Shown one piece after another: positions 1 through 12,399 of a DNA stretch of 64,000 bases. Under the pieces are notes generated by a model. That model was given only the letters and a program-made list of their open reading frames with translations, was not told the origin of the DNA and made no database searches. Every line of letters begins with the position of its first letter. Position 1 is the first letter of the stretch. Origin of the DNA: Dimorphilus gyrociliatus (lineage: Eukaryota; Animalia; Annelida); contig CAJFCJ010000002.1 in NCBI GenBank assembly GCA_904063045.1, positions 930,001 through 994,000 on the forward strand, in the 5' to 3' direction. The position numbers and the translations under genes were made by a program.

Positions 1-1406
1 TATCAGACAAAGCAAATCAATGGCTTTCCAAGTGAAACAAAGAAGTCCTGTAATCCTCAAAGAATATCTCCTTCTCTTAGTCTCACTCCACCCTCACCAA
101 CGAACAACATAAAGGCAAAATCCGTAGACGATTTCTTGAAAATAAATCGAAATAATGATATGGCTGTACCAATTTTACAAACGCCAATTTCTATTGGAGC
201 GAATGACGATGCTCACGATTGCCCCAAACCTAAAATGCCGGAAGCAAATGAGAAGCCAGCTGAAAGTCTACCTGTAAATCCACGACCCGATATCATGCCT
301 ATTAAACCAGCTTTGGCGGTTAACAGCAACGAAATTTGCTACAGGTCATCAAGAAGTATATCGAGATCTAGGTCTAGATCAAAGAGCCCTTTTCATCATA
401 ATAGTCGAGATCGCAAGAGTTCATACAGACAAAGTGATTTAGGCTATGGTATATTTTAGACATGTTTTATATTCGACTATTGACACCTATATTCAACAGG
501 TCTACTATCGCAGTCTTCTTGGAGTTTACTTAAAACTCTATCAGATTGTATTGAAAAAATGCCACTCAAAGGAAAGACACCACCTGCTTTAAAAGATACA
601 CGACCGTTATGGGTTACAAAGTGGGTGGATTTTTCAAATCGATACGGTTTTGGGTTCTTACTTTCTGATGGCTGTGTTGGTGTCCTCTTTAATGATTTAA
701 CAAGGGCCGTCCTAAGTGCGGATAAAAAGTAAGTTAATTCACGTCATTTTTTTTGCGTTGTATGTGAGGATACTGGCCTCGGACGCATTAAATATTTTCT
801 TAAGGTCATTGCGTACAACTTATCTTTTGTGTGGGCTGAGAATGATAAACATAACGAATGTTAAAATATTTCTTTTAACCGCAGATTGGCTCACTTGAAT
901 GATTTATCAAACGAAATAGTCGCATTTGATCCGTCTGACCCACCTACGGAAGAGCTTAATTCGAAAGCTTCTCTATTGAAATTCTTCTCTGATTATATGG
1001 ATAAATATTTAATACATGGAGGAGATGTTCTAAGGAGTGGAAAAGATCTTGAAAAATCATTGTCTAATCCAGGAGTTTTCATGAAGAAATGGTTCCGAAC
1101 ACCTCTAGCGATCGTAATGATGCTTTCAAATGGTGTATTGCAAGTTAATTTTTTTAAGGATCATACAAAGGTTGTTGTTACACCTCAGGAAGGGAAAAGT
1201 TTAGTTACATTTGTTAACTCGTCAAGACAATGCACTAGTTATAGTTTAAGTCAGGTATGTTGAAAATTAATCTATTCTGAATGATTTTATTAATCTCTGA
1301 ATGATAACAGATTCAACAATTTGGATGTGATTCTACCTTGCGAGAACGACTTATTTATGTTCGACATATGTTGCAAAAGAGTCTTGACAAAAAGTCTATG
1401 AAATAA
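1..1406 (+). CDS. PLK: Polo-like kinase, 3' part (linker plus polo-box domain); kinase domain lies upstream of the window
   Basis: Spliced exons about 1-448, 500-729, 885-1254, 1311-1406. PB1 [29 protein letters not shown] and PB2 [28 protein letters not shown] keep the phosphopeptide-binding Trp and His-x-Lys. Stop TAA at 1404-1406. PLK1 versus PLK2/3 not resolved. Confidence 0.93.
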
Positions 1407-1890
1407 GTGATATATAAAAACTATTTTTTTTAGCTATTCTGTGATTTCTAAAAAACTGAGCTTATATACATTTGTACCTAGAATATCAGCTACATACCTA
1501 TCGCCTGTGATGTTTTTCTACATCATAAAAGACTGTCTTTCAGTTAATGTCTTTTCTAACAGATTATTATCAGTTTACTAGTTTTAGAGGTAATATAAAT
1601 ACATGTATACTTTGAAACACAGTATGCATATGTATGCAATTTAAATGTATATATACAGTGTATGTATGATAGCTTTATTATTTTGTAAAAGATATTCACC
1701 ATGTATGCTATATTATTCTTGTGTTATAGTATTTTATATCGTTATTTCTACGAATTTATGAAAGTTGTAATGTTTCATTTTGCAAATGATAAATTATAGA
1801 AACAGCAACAATCGAAAATAAAGCCAGCTTCGTTGAAAAAAATCTTTGAATTTTATACTGTATGCACATAGTATATGCACTTATAATGAG

Positions 1891-2678
1891 TTAATTCTGA
1901 TAAGCAGCCAGAATAGGATTTCTTTCACTTGACAACATCTGTTCTTTTATTTTTGCGTTAGCATACACACCGGATTCATCGTGCCAAGTGTTTCTTCCAG
2001 TTCGTCTATGATTTGTTACATCTGTAAATTGAGATATGCAACGTTTACGAGCTAGAGTATTTAAGACATCTCGAGACTCTGCTGTACTATCACATTTTTC
2101 TTGGCTATCTTTACAGGTCGCAAAAGGATGAGGAGATTTAAAATCAGTTAAATGCGTTGTTTCCCAATGAGTCTTATTATGTCCCTCGCTGTGTCTCGGT
2201 AAACTTTCACTTCTGTAAGTTTAAAGGGTTATTAGAGATTAAGTGAAGTATAAAAGCTGAATACTTACTGAAGTGTTTGGTTCATTCTATGAACGTTGTG
2301 CTCATTTACCATTGGCTGTCTATTCTGTTGATCACTAAACTTGGATTTCAATTTCAACTGTTCGCACTGATCTTGGTAAGTTGTATTTGGAATAACCTGA
2401 GAAATGTTTTTATATAGTTTTTGGTAAAATAGGGATTATATCCACTCACATCTCCTTGAAGGCTTCCTAATCTTTTATACGTTCCTAATTTTAAGTTTCG
2501 TTCATCTCCCAAACTTATGTTATAATCTTTGGGCTCCTGCTCTCTGACTTGATGCCTAAGAGAATTTTTTTGAGGATTGCTTTCAAGTTAATTATTCTAC
2601 TTACCAATTGGATACCATAACTGCTCTTCCATAATTGGACTGGTCAGATCGGAGGTGTAAAGAACCTTTTTGCTCCAT
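1891..2678 (-). CDS. CFAP95: Cilia- and flagella-associated protein 95 (C9orf135) homolog, five short exons, not in ORF track
   Basis: Hand-spliced from ATG 2678: MEQKGSLHLRSDQSNYGRAVMVSNW|HQVREQEPKDYNISLGDERNLKLGTYKRLG...LPRHSEGHNKTHWETTH...RRTGRNTWHDESGVYANAKIK...AAYQN*. Matches recalled human CFAP95 blocks ERKGSLTLRS, WHRDREAFPKDY, STYRRLG, FPRH and GINTWHDESGIYAN. GT-AG introns in compatible phases. Confidence 0.88.
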
Positions 2679-2725
2679 GGCTCCAGGAAAAAACGTTTAG
2701 TTTAATAGTTGTTATATATTCCTCT

Positions 2726-2734
2726 CCTAGCAAC
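2726..2734. promoter_or_regulatory. RFX (X-box) half-site CCTAGCAAC upstream of CFAP95
   Basis: Exact RFX-type half-site about 50 nt upstream of the ATG of a ciliary gene; short motif, function untested. Confidence 0.4.
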
Positions 2735-3029
2735 CGATAAATGTGGTTTCTATTCCAAATTTTTATTTGGGTGGGGGCCAAGTTAATACAGTGTGTATTT
2801 TATTTAATCCCTAAGGGAAGACTACTATGATGTAAATTGCTTAAATATATTATGGCTTTCACTAGCATCCGCAGGCCATATCTCCTTGAAGCAAGGTTGT
2901 AGTCCATGCGCCCTCTTGTGGAAAATAGTATTTATAAAACACGTTAATCGCTATAGGTGTAGGTGGATCTCATTTCTTACTAAATTATAGATGCTCTTCA
3001 CTGTTAGCTAGTAAATTGAATAACTCAAC

Positions 3030-4748
3030 ATGGCTTCGTCTTCTCTTTCAAAATACTGGAAAAGGAAAACAAAAATTAAACTCCTTCATTTCTTCCTCAA
3101 TCTCTTATCCATTGTTGCAGGTATAATAATCATTCAAAGAGGTTTAGAGATGCTCAACTTTTCAGAAGTATAAACGTATAAGTTTAACAAATGACAAAAT
3201 TTTTACTATTTCCAGTTGTTTCGATAACAAATCTAATAATTGTGAATAAAGTGAAGGTACATGAAAGGGGCTTCATTTGCAATGATACTTCGTTACAGCT
3301 ACCCTACAAATCTTCCATCATAAATTCAATGGTACTCTTTCGGATCTTATTGATAGTGCCAGTTATTTATGTGAGTATACATTAATTATTCACTTTTAAT
3401 AGTTAATTAATGGAATTGTAGCAGAAATCCCTTAATTAAATAAATACATTTAATATAGATAATATATCTATACAATATTTATAACATCTCGTGATCTTGA
3501 TACTAATTAAACTTTGGGAAAAAACTAGAGTAAATAAGTAATATAATATCTAAATTTAATCAATGTGAATTATAAAACTCTCTAATACTTGTTAAGTTTA
3601 TCTATTCTGTGTATTCGCCACTCTTTTTACAAGCTTATAGGCTTAAGAATTTATTAATTTTAGGAACATTTCCTTTCGGGTATAAATTCCTCTGATTAGA
3701 TTCTGCGTAGATGAACCGCTGAAATTTGCTTTTGATAAAATGCAGATAATATTCATTGAATTTATCGAAAAAAGAAGAAAAGAGGCGATCTATTCGATTA
3801 CAATGACTTATACCGTTTATATTTTTGGATTATCAGTCCTCTATGCCACAACAGAGTTAATTAAGCGACTAACTGGTATTCTCAGACCTTACTTTTTTGA
3901 TATTTGCAAGCCAATTTTACCTTCAAATTCTTGTCGGACTGGGCTAGTATAAATAAAGGATTCAATATTATTGAAATGTAAATTATTATTATTTTTTAAA
4001 TATTAGAGAATACATTTTCAACTACAATTGTTCAGCTGTGCTTAACCATGAAAATGTCTATAAAATAAAAGGTTGATATTTACAACAAAATGTATATATA
4101 TATATATACTGTATACTAATAATTTATATATATATATATATATATCGTATAATGTACATAAAATATGTAGAAAAGTAACTCAATTAATCATAATTAAAGA
4201 TGCCAGATGTTCCTTTCCTTCAACACATGCTGCTTCAAGTATCTATTGTGCTGTGTTCCTAACCGTAAGTTATATGGCAAACCTAATCTTCTTTAATTAT
4301 CTGATATGAAAAATATTCACATTACAGTACTTTATCCAACTTAAAGCAAACAAAAAATGGCCGATATTATTTAAGGCGTTTTTGCAAATTGTTCCAATTT
4401 GCTCCGCTGTGGCTTGTTCCTTTTCACGAATTGCTGATCATCATCATCATCCAGCTGATGTTCTTGCGGGCGCTTTATTGGGAATCTGCATAGCTATTTA
4501 TTTTATCTACATCGTAATTGTTTAATATATTTATTACATGAGCACAAATGGAGGATTCATATTATATTTAATGTAGTTTTTAAACTTTGATATGAATATT
4601 AGGCACTCTCTCAGTTTTGTTCATGTTATCAAGCAGTCTTTTGTTATTCAATTTTTCATTGAATTTTTTTCAGAGATTACAAACAACAAAATACTCTTTA
4701 CAAGAGAATACTCTCGATTCAAAGCCGACAGTTGAAGGAATACTTTAA
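3030..4748 (+). CDS. PLPP: Phospholipid phosphatase (PAP2/LPP/wunen family)
   Basis: ATG 3030, exon 1 ends 3120, exon 2 from 3216 (HERGFICNDTSLQLPYK). C1 KRLTGILRP, C2 SFPSTH, C3 SRIADHHHHPADVLAG; hydrophobic TM segments; last exon 4674-4748 ends TAA. Confidence 0.88.
4093..4145. repeat. (TA)n microsatellite in a PLPP intron
   Basis: Two TA runs visible directly. Confidence 0.9.
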
Positions 4749-7201
4749 ACTTGACTTTCTTGAACTTTGACAAACAGTTTTGCTATCCTTTGCTGACTCA
4801 ATAATCTCCCAAATTAAGTAACAAGCAAAAATCAAAGCGCTTATCGTCTTGATAAAAGAACTATCGTCACAAAACGGACGACAAGATATTATCGTTCTAC
4901 TGAATTTGTATTTAAATAATATAGTTTGGCCTAGTTAGGTCTTTAAATTGTTTTCACTTAAAATATACAAATTAATTTTACTCAACGGAAAGAGATACTC
5001 CGACAAAGTTTATTCATTATTCAATAAATCTCATTAATTTCGATTAAATATCCGCTTGTAGATTCATTTGACATGCTCTTTGAAGTGCATCAACACTGAT
5101 TTAATGGTATATTTGCAATTTAAGTTGCTCTCACTTTGCTTAAACTACAATTAGTGAATATTGGAAAAATGAAATATTATAGATTATTAATTACTGCTCT
5201 AACGTTTCTTCTTATCTCTCTTAATGTATTCCTACTGAAAAAGCTGTTTTCACTTCAAAATGCAACTAATTCTCTAGACAAGGCAGTATAAGACAAAGAA
5301 GCAAACTGTTTCACAATCGTGACAATTGGATCTATAATTAAATATATCGAAGTTGTATGCGAGCGCTTTTAAGCACATCTCTAAATTTAGGAAATCTACG
5401 ACTATTTATGGACTGTAATTGGCTTTATAAATGAAGACTACATAAAATATTTATAACTATAGTAATTATACACTTTTTATCTTAAAAGCAGAACTAAAAA
5501 ACATTTTAAATGGATTAAAAATATATTTCGTAATTTTGCATTTAAATTTGCTTTTTAAGCTGTTTTTAATATTTAAATATTAATCATAACGTTATCTAAA
5601 AACTGTAACGCTTAAAAACGAATATTTATTGATAACTCATAACTAAAATTTGGTGATAAAAAATGTAAATATCTCCAAGGAGGTGGTAGAATGTACAATT
5701 ATACAAATTTCAACAATAAAAACTAATCACTATAACAACAAACTATGACTTTTATATAACGTTGCCATTAATAAATTGAGATAAGCGTTCATAAAGATGG
5801 TAAAGGAAAAAATTATGCATTTATACTTAAGACTTAACAAAACTCCCTGCATGATGTCGAAAATATAATTGAATAATTACCATACTAAGGAAAATCTCAC
5901 ATGCTGCATAGGTTTTGCCACAATGTTTGAATAGATTAAATTGAGACATTAATTAAAATAATAAGTAGGGATAACATGAAGTTTAAATGTGTAAAAACAA
6001 AGGATGAATAGATTCTAAAAGCAAAACCATAAGGTTAGGCATTGAACAAAAATAGAGTCATAAACAAAATACTATTTTTAAGCCGTAGTTTAAGTATCTC
6101 GTTTGGTTAAAATGTAAATTTCCTCAATCCAATAATATTTCTTAATGTGATAACTTTTAGTACAGTGAAAGGTTACTTAATATTGATAAAAAATCTTAAG
6201 CAGGGCAATAATACTTTATTTCCTTTTAACAGATCTTAAATTCTTCGAAATTCGATTGTCCAATGTAATCATAAACAAACATAAACTTGTTTTCAGTCTT
6301 CATACTCTATTCTCCCATCGAATGAATAAATGAGAAATCTTATTAGGCAAGAATTACAATGAGTTATATTCTACTCTATAGTCTATATAATGAGTATTTA
6401 GTTTCATAGCCTTTACAAAATAAATAACCGGCAGACATAGCAAATGATCTAGCAAACTAGCTATTATCCATTACTTCAACCATCTAAGACTATTGCTGCA
6501 CTTCAAAACTTTCCAAGAGTTTATTCTGTCTCTAGGGTTTATTATTGTTTAATCTATGATGATTTAATTAGAAGTAAAATCTTTTTTATCATTTGCTGTA
6601 AGCATTTGTCAATTGCATATTGATATTCTTTAGTACAGTTTCCCTTGTTTACACCTAAGCTTTGGTACTGTTGCTATTAATGGCTTCCTTAATCATCAAG
6701 CTAATGTCTTTAACATTGAATATGTTCCATTTTTTTTTAGTTGTTCTTTATAATCAATAAAGGTAAATGTTTTTGTATTTGTAAACTTATTGTAAACTGT
6801 CAGAAATCTAGCTTAAATAAATATTTTAATATTTTCTTTGGATATTTCCTCTTTATGAAGCTTTACTATTCCATCTTTGTACTTGATCGATTTTCTTGGT
6901 ATTATTGCTAATTCTACAAAAATTTCCTTCAAAAGAATACTTTAATAACCTATAAATACAGTTGATTCCCAAAATAAAAGATATTTCCTAGTATTCATGT
7001 TTAGGAGATTGTCCAGCATCTCTAGTCAATATTTTAAAGAATGAAAGCCAATTTAGTTTTTGTTTTTGTATCCATCAATGATAGTCAGATATATCAATGA
7101 TTACATTAGACAACCAAATAGCGAAATAGATTAGATATAAATTATAATAAATATGCTTATAAATACTGTACTATTGACCGGTTCAAGATTTTTTACCTTT
7201 A

Positions 7202-8341
7202 TTATATTTCTTCCCTGTATGGATTTCTAACGCTTACAGCTTTTTTATATTTCTCCTGATCTTTAATCACTTCATCATAAGCAGGCGGTTCATCCTTTTC
7301 TTCCAACTCGTCTAGTTTTTCCTCTTCACTGGCAACTGATCGGAACATTCTCTCCTGAGCTGACTCTCCAGATAGCTCGCTATTCATTCGTCTATTCTGG
7401 TAAAAGAATCTCACCATAAACATAATGCAAGAGATCAGCACACAAGCAGCTACGATGCTTCCAATGGCATAGATCACAACCAAGAATGTTCTCACTTCTG
7501 TTTAAAGACATCAGTATTCAGTAACTAGTTCACATCGTTTCTAAAAACTTACTTAATTCTTTGGCAGTGTAATAGCAATAAAATAAACGAAATTTGTTGC
7601 CTTTTTCTGACACTCTAACAACTGTCTGATGAGCACCACTGAACCTATTTGTATTTATATTCTCGTCAACAGAGGTTGATTCCTGAACTTCTACACTTGC
7701 ACCCTTCACATCTTGACAATTTGAACCTCTATATTTCATTAGGAAAAAAGGTTTTGAGAAAGAGAGTACCATAGGAGACGATCCATCTGCTCGGCAACAA
7801 TATTCTATGAGAGTATTTGCGTTATAAGTGCCGTCAGGAATAACGCCCGATGTTTTTTGATAGTTTGGGACTAACGGATTTATTAGGGGGGCTGTATCAT
7901 CCCAATAAATATATCCTTGAAAGAAATCCAAGGGGCATTCTCCTTTCTTATAAATGCAATAGGTTCCTGGAGAAATAATGACTATGAAAAAGAAAGTTTA
8001 GAACTATGGTCTACCTCTTGGCCATTCAGGGCCTTTTCCTACTTGAGTTTTCATGCAGAATTTCATGGTTATTGTTTTGTGAACTGAATTGTATTCCTCC
8101 GAAAGACTTAAGTTTTTCGAAGTTGAATAACCATTCACCATCCTGGTCCTTGATCCAGGAAGAAAGCCAATCGGACAACCTGTTTTAGGTTCGGGTATTC
8201 CATAAGTCCCTTTAGGCCACTCGGAAACTGTACCAAGATATTACTAAACTACTAAATAATACACTATACTAAATTCTTACCACAAATTGCAGACTGAATC
8301 GATATTAAACAAATTGATCCAAAAATCAAGAAGTTAAGCAT
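7202..8341 (-). CDS. Type I membrane protein with an ApeC (apextrin C-terminal) domain
   Basis: Exons 8341-8281 (signal peptide MLNFLIFGSICLISIQSAIC), 8227-8015, 7966-7553, 7497-7202. ApeC-type motifs WPKGTYGIPEPKTGCP, KFCMK, WPRGTYCIYKKGECP, GYIYWDD, IEYCCRADG, FRLFYCYY; TM helix TFLVVIYAIGSIVAACVLISCIMFMV; acidic tail with PPAY. Confidence 0.8.
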
Positions 8342-8761
8342 TTTTACCTTGACAAACTATGAAAAAAAGCTTTTTTAGCTATATAATGTATGTTAAATGA
8401 AAAACTGATTTCGTCAAAAAATATTTAAGTCTTGATTACGCACATCACATCCCACTAAAATTTCACCCACAGAACATTTGAAAGACTCACCTTTCAATAT
8501 AATACTACTTATTTAAGTAGTTTGATCTTTAAGACTGTTTTACCTTATCAGAATATGATTACAATATTGATTTTAAGGATCTAATCAGTTATGGCTCTTT
8601 TAGTAGGTTGTTTATTTATTTCTATTCCGCTTCCGGTTTGCTTGAAGTAATGCCATCTGGTAGCAAGATCAGACCAAAAATATTGATTTCATTGCCGAAG
8701 TCAATAAAACAAAGATTTTTTATGCATTCCAGTATTGAAATTCGATGTGCTAATAAAAAAT

Positions 8762-9042
8762 GTTCTTGGCAACGGAAGTTACTTATATTGATGAAAATTT
8801 GACTGTTGAATTAACTAACTTAAGTTATCATTAATAATAGTAAAAAATGGTTTGTAAACAACTTTGCTAAACTATTTATGTACAAACATTCTTTCATCAA
8901 CTTTTTATAAAAAATTCGCTATTTGTATACATATTTTAAAATTGTAATACGGTGCCGCGTTAAGTGTCAATGAAAGGGGAATTAAGACGAAAGGATCGAC
9001 CAAATGTTCTTGCAAATTAATCAATAAGTCGTTCGTAGCAAC
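8762..9042. promoter_or_regulatory. Two X-box-like motifs (GTTCTTGGCAAC 8762-8773; GTTCGTAGCAAC 9031-9042) upstream of the C1orf87-like gene
   Basis: Both resemble the RFX consensus with intact GCAAC right halves; they lie in the divergent ApeC/C1orf87 intergenic region. Confidence 0.4.
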
Positions 9043-9315
9043 CATTAGTTTGACACTAGGAATTTTTATACAACGTCGAATGGCTAAACTATGACTTTTG
9101 GCGTTCAAACAAAAATATATAATATATTTTTATGTTGATTCGATTAGAAATAAACAATATACAAATCGTTTATTCTATATGAAGTTTTTTTTCTATAAAT
9201 GATAATTTACTATAAATTTCAAAACTTATCATGCCAAAATTAGGAAGAAAGGTAATAATTCTCAAGTATGTAATAATTTGTAAAGAATCTTTTCTAATTT
9301 CATTAGGACGACAGG

Positions 9316-11330
9316 ATGCAGTTTCAAGGAGCAATGTCTGATAAATATACAACTCGACAGGCTCCTTTTGGAACCGTCGATACACCACAGTTCAGAGTGA
9401 AAATTATTGGTGGAAAACAAGTGACAGTTTTAGAACCAAGAAAGTAAGCTTATTATTTTATCAATCGTGTGATAACTTTAAGCATCTTTTAATCATAGTG
9501 GAAGTACTTCAAAGCCAATTCAAAGTTCGTCTGTTGTTGCTCCATATTTCACTGACAGCCCTAGTCCCAAAGTTCCTCCTCAGTTAGATTCTATATCCTC
9601 TAAACCGAATCACTATGACCCTAGTAAATGGTCTACACCTGGGGTCCGAGAACAGGATACTGAAATCAAGCCTCAATCATTCAAAAATCCCGAACCTATC
9701 AGTTCGAGAAATGTATTCACTCCTCACTCTGTAATACCCCCTATTGTAGATCTTGAGCGCTATTTGCCAACCGATCGAAATCTACCAAAAGAATCTATTA
9801 AGTTGACGGAAGTAAGAATAATTTTCAATTTGTAATAATTACTTGACAGATATATTTGATTAGGTTGAAGAGTTGGAATTACGCAAGAGAATTCGCCAAG
9901 ATTTAGTAAATAGGGATTCCAAAACACTTAAAAACATATATATGGAACTAGTGGAAATCGATCGAATGTTAGAGGGATTTGTAACTTTTGAGGATCTTAG
10001 CTTCTGCTTGCTAAAATCTGGAGTAAGCTATTTTGTTTTAAAATATAGATATATACATACTGTGTCTAATCTCAATTATTGCAGTTACAAGTCAATGCAA
10101 CTACCCTTAAGCTAATATCTTCGCTATTTATTAGACCACACACAGAGAACTTTGTAAATTATGAAAAAGTTTTAGCTTTCATATCTGCTTCAATGAAAGA
10201 AAATATGAAGTATGCCTTTTCAACAGTTATAAACTCGAAACTAATTGACGCACTTTTCTTTAGACCCTTACAGCCGGAACCAGATAGAGATCGGGTAAAT
10301 CCATCTGTTTATACAAATCCCATTACACACGCTTCAGAAGACTTTAGGTATAGTTAATATGTTAATCCTTACTTAAAATTCACCTTACATTAAATATTAT
10401 GTATGGAGACTTATTTCTGAAAGAAACTCTTATAGTCCTAGGAGCAGTCGATTTCCTTATGGCGAAAGAGATAATGCAAAGCTGTTGCGTTTAATTGAAC
10501 AGCAAATTCTCAATTCAACTGAAGATATAAATTTTGAAAGCGCATGGCAGGCGTTTCGAGCTGCTGATCCCCAATTTCGAGGGAAACTCTCCAAGCAGCA
10601 AATTATTGAAATAGCAATGCGCTGTCGATTACCACTCCAACTTTCTGTTATCGAACAAATTCTGAACAGAGTGGAGAAAAGCTATGGCCAATATGAGTAA
10701 GAACTAGTATATCTCCTTTCATCATACAGTTACATTTAATTAAACTATTCAGTTGGCAGCAATTCTTAGAATTTATTGAAAGAGTACAACCTTTAAAAAC
10801 AAGCCTACATATTCCGGAAAGCAAAAAGCCAGTCGAATATGTGAAACATATACCAGAACCCAGTAGAAATTGGCCCGAGTCTGATATTGCTATCGAGCGA
10901 AAAAAGCCGGAAAATTTTCAAAACTCTAATTTACAAACACAACAATTCAACTTTCAGGAAGGAAATCAGAGTCTCAATTATAAACCTGAGTCTTCATATG
11001 AGGTAAAAATTGTATAATTCTAAAAATGATAGTCAATGAGCTTATTAATTCGAGTAGAAAGGAGACACTTTGCCAGCGAATCAGAATGCAGAAACTTTAG
11101 CGGATCGCTTCAGTCATATGAACAAAGCCCTTTATGACTCGGATATCGATAAGACCGGATACTTAACATCTGATCAGGCTCGCTGGATTGTTGAACAATA
11201 TACTCAAGTGTTTAATTTGGGTATAAAAGAGACAGATCAAATTGAAGCCCTACGTAATTCAACTGCACAGAATGGCCAAACTGATATCGCAAGGCTTATA
11301 GATAGTTTGGGTACTGTTCTATTTCGATGA
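9316..11330 (+). CDS. C1orf87: C1orf87-like EF-hand protein
   Basis: N-terminal RVKIIGGK (human MVKIIGSK) and LQVNATTLKLISSLFIRPHTENFVNYEKVLAFI (human LQLPTVKILCQRF...VNYEKLLWFL, recalled); three degenerate EF-hand-like segments; multi-exon; stop 11330. Confidence 0.75.
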
Positions 11331-11512
11331 TTTTTCTAAAGTTTGTTTTGTATTTATAATTATCGTTTAACGTTTCAAAATGTGATATATGCTGTACGTT
11401 TATTGTTACAATTTTAAAACTGCTGAGTTTCCATCTTCCCCTGGATTTCTTATAGCGCTCTGTTGTTTTGTTTAAAAAACTTAATATCAAAATTAAAGTG
11501 GCCAAAAATATT

Positions 11513-11710
11513 TTATACTTGAGCTTGCAACTTTCTCTCCTCCATTTCTTCTTTCTTGACCGTTTCTTGAGCTTCACGCTGCATTTTTTCCAATTTTTGA
11601 AGAGTAATTGACTTTAACGGTAGCAACTTAGCTTTGCATAAGACTGGATTTAAAGTTTCCTCCTGATACAGTTCTCCTTGTTGTGGTAGTATTTCCTTAA
11701 TTGAAGACAT
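11513..11710 (-). CDS. BBIP1: BBSome-interacting protein 1 (BBIP10/BBS18), 65 aa
   Basis: KEILPQQGELYQEE...VLCKAKLLPLKSITLQKLEKMQREAQ matches the BBIP1 signature EVLPKQG...[21 protein letters not shown]. Confidence 0.93.
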   Translation of the reverse strand: MSSIKEILPQQGELYQEETLNPVLCKAKLLPLKSITLQKLEKMQREAQETVKKEEMEERKLQAQV

Positions 11711-11949
11711 GAGCGGGTTTTGTAAGTTTAGTGATATTTATCTGTGAAGAAAGTATGTATAAAGCCGTATGAAAGCCGTATGTTGTAAATATAAAAAATA
11801 AATCACTTTTTACCTGTATTTCAAACTGTTTTATAAATAAATAAAGATAGTAACTATCTTAAATTTCTTACTAACAGATCATTAAAGTGAGAGGAAATAT
11901 GTTAGGCAAAATATTCGTTAGAAACGTTAAACGGGTAAAACATTTTAAA

Positions 11950-11967
11950 ATAACCAATCAGCGTCAG
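11950..11967. promoter_or_regulatory. CCAAT box in the BBIP1/RGS12 divergent promoter
   Basis: AACCAATCAG at about 11952-11961, between head-to-head genes. Confidence 0.4.
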
Positions 11968-12399
11968 GTTCACTCTACACAAACGCTCCTTTCAAAAAAT
12001 CAAACAAAAATGGAGACTGAAGGATAAAATTTGCCTACATCGTCTTTTGTTGTCGACTTATTAGTTAATTTTGACTCTTCTTTACTGATATTTTTAATTT
12101 TAATCTGATCGACGGTGGATAAACTAAGATCCGTGAGTTTCATATCAAAGCTTCCGCTTACTGTATTTATACTTGGATGCCAATATAATGTTAAATCTTG
12201 CAAGTGAGATCGCTTGAAGTTATTTACTGTATGAGTTTCTTTCAATGAATAATTAGTAGTTAAAATTTATGATATATATGTATATATACATATAAACATA
12301 TGTATCTACATAAAGTTGAGTTTTTAAAGCTATACCTGAATAAAGTGCTTTTCGAAATTCTATTTTGAAATGTTATCAGATTGTAAAATATAAAGAAAA

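Noticed and set aside
5169-5291. 40-aa ORF resembling a type II membrane anchor
   Set aside because: Ends in a stop with no downstream catalytic exons found.
12000-12245. 81-aa minus-strand ORF between BBIP1 and RGS12
   Set aside because: Non-ATG start, no recognisable motif, and it lies inside the divergent promoter/5' UTR region; most likely incidental.
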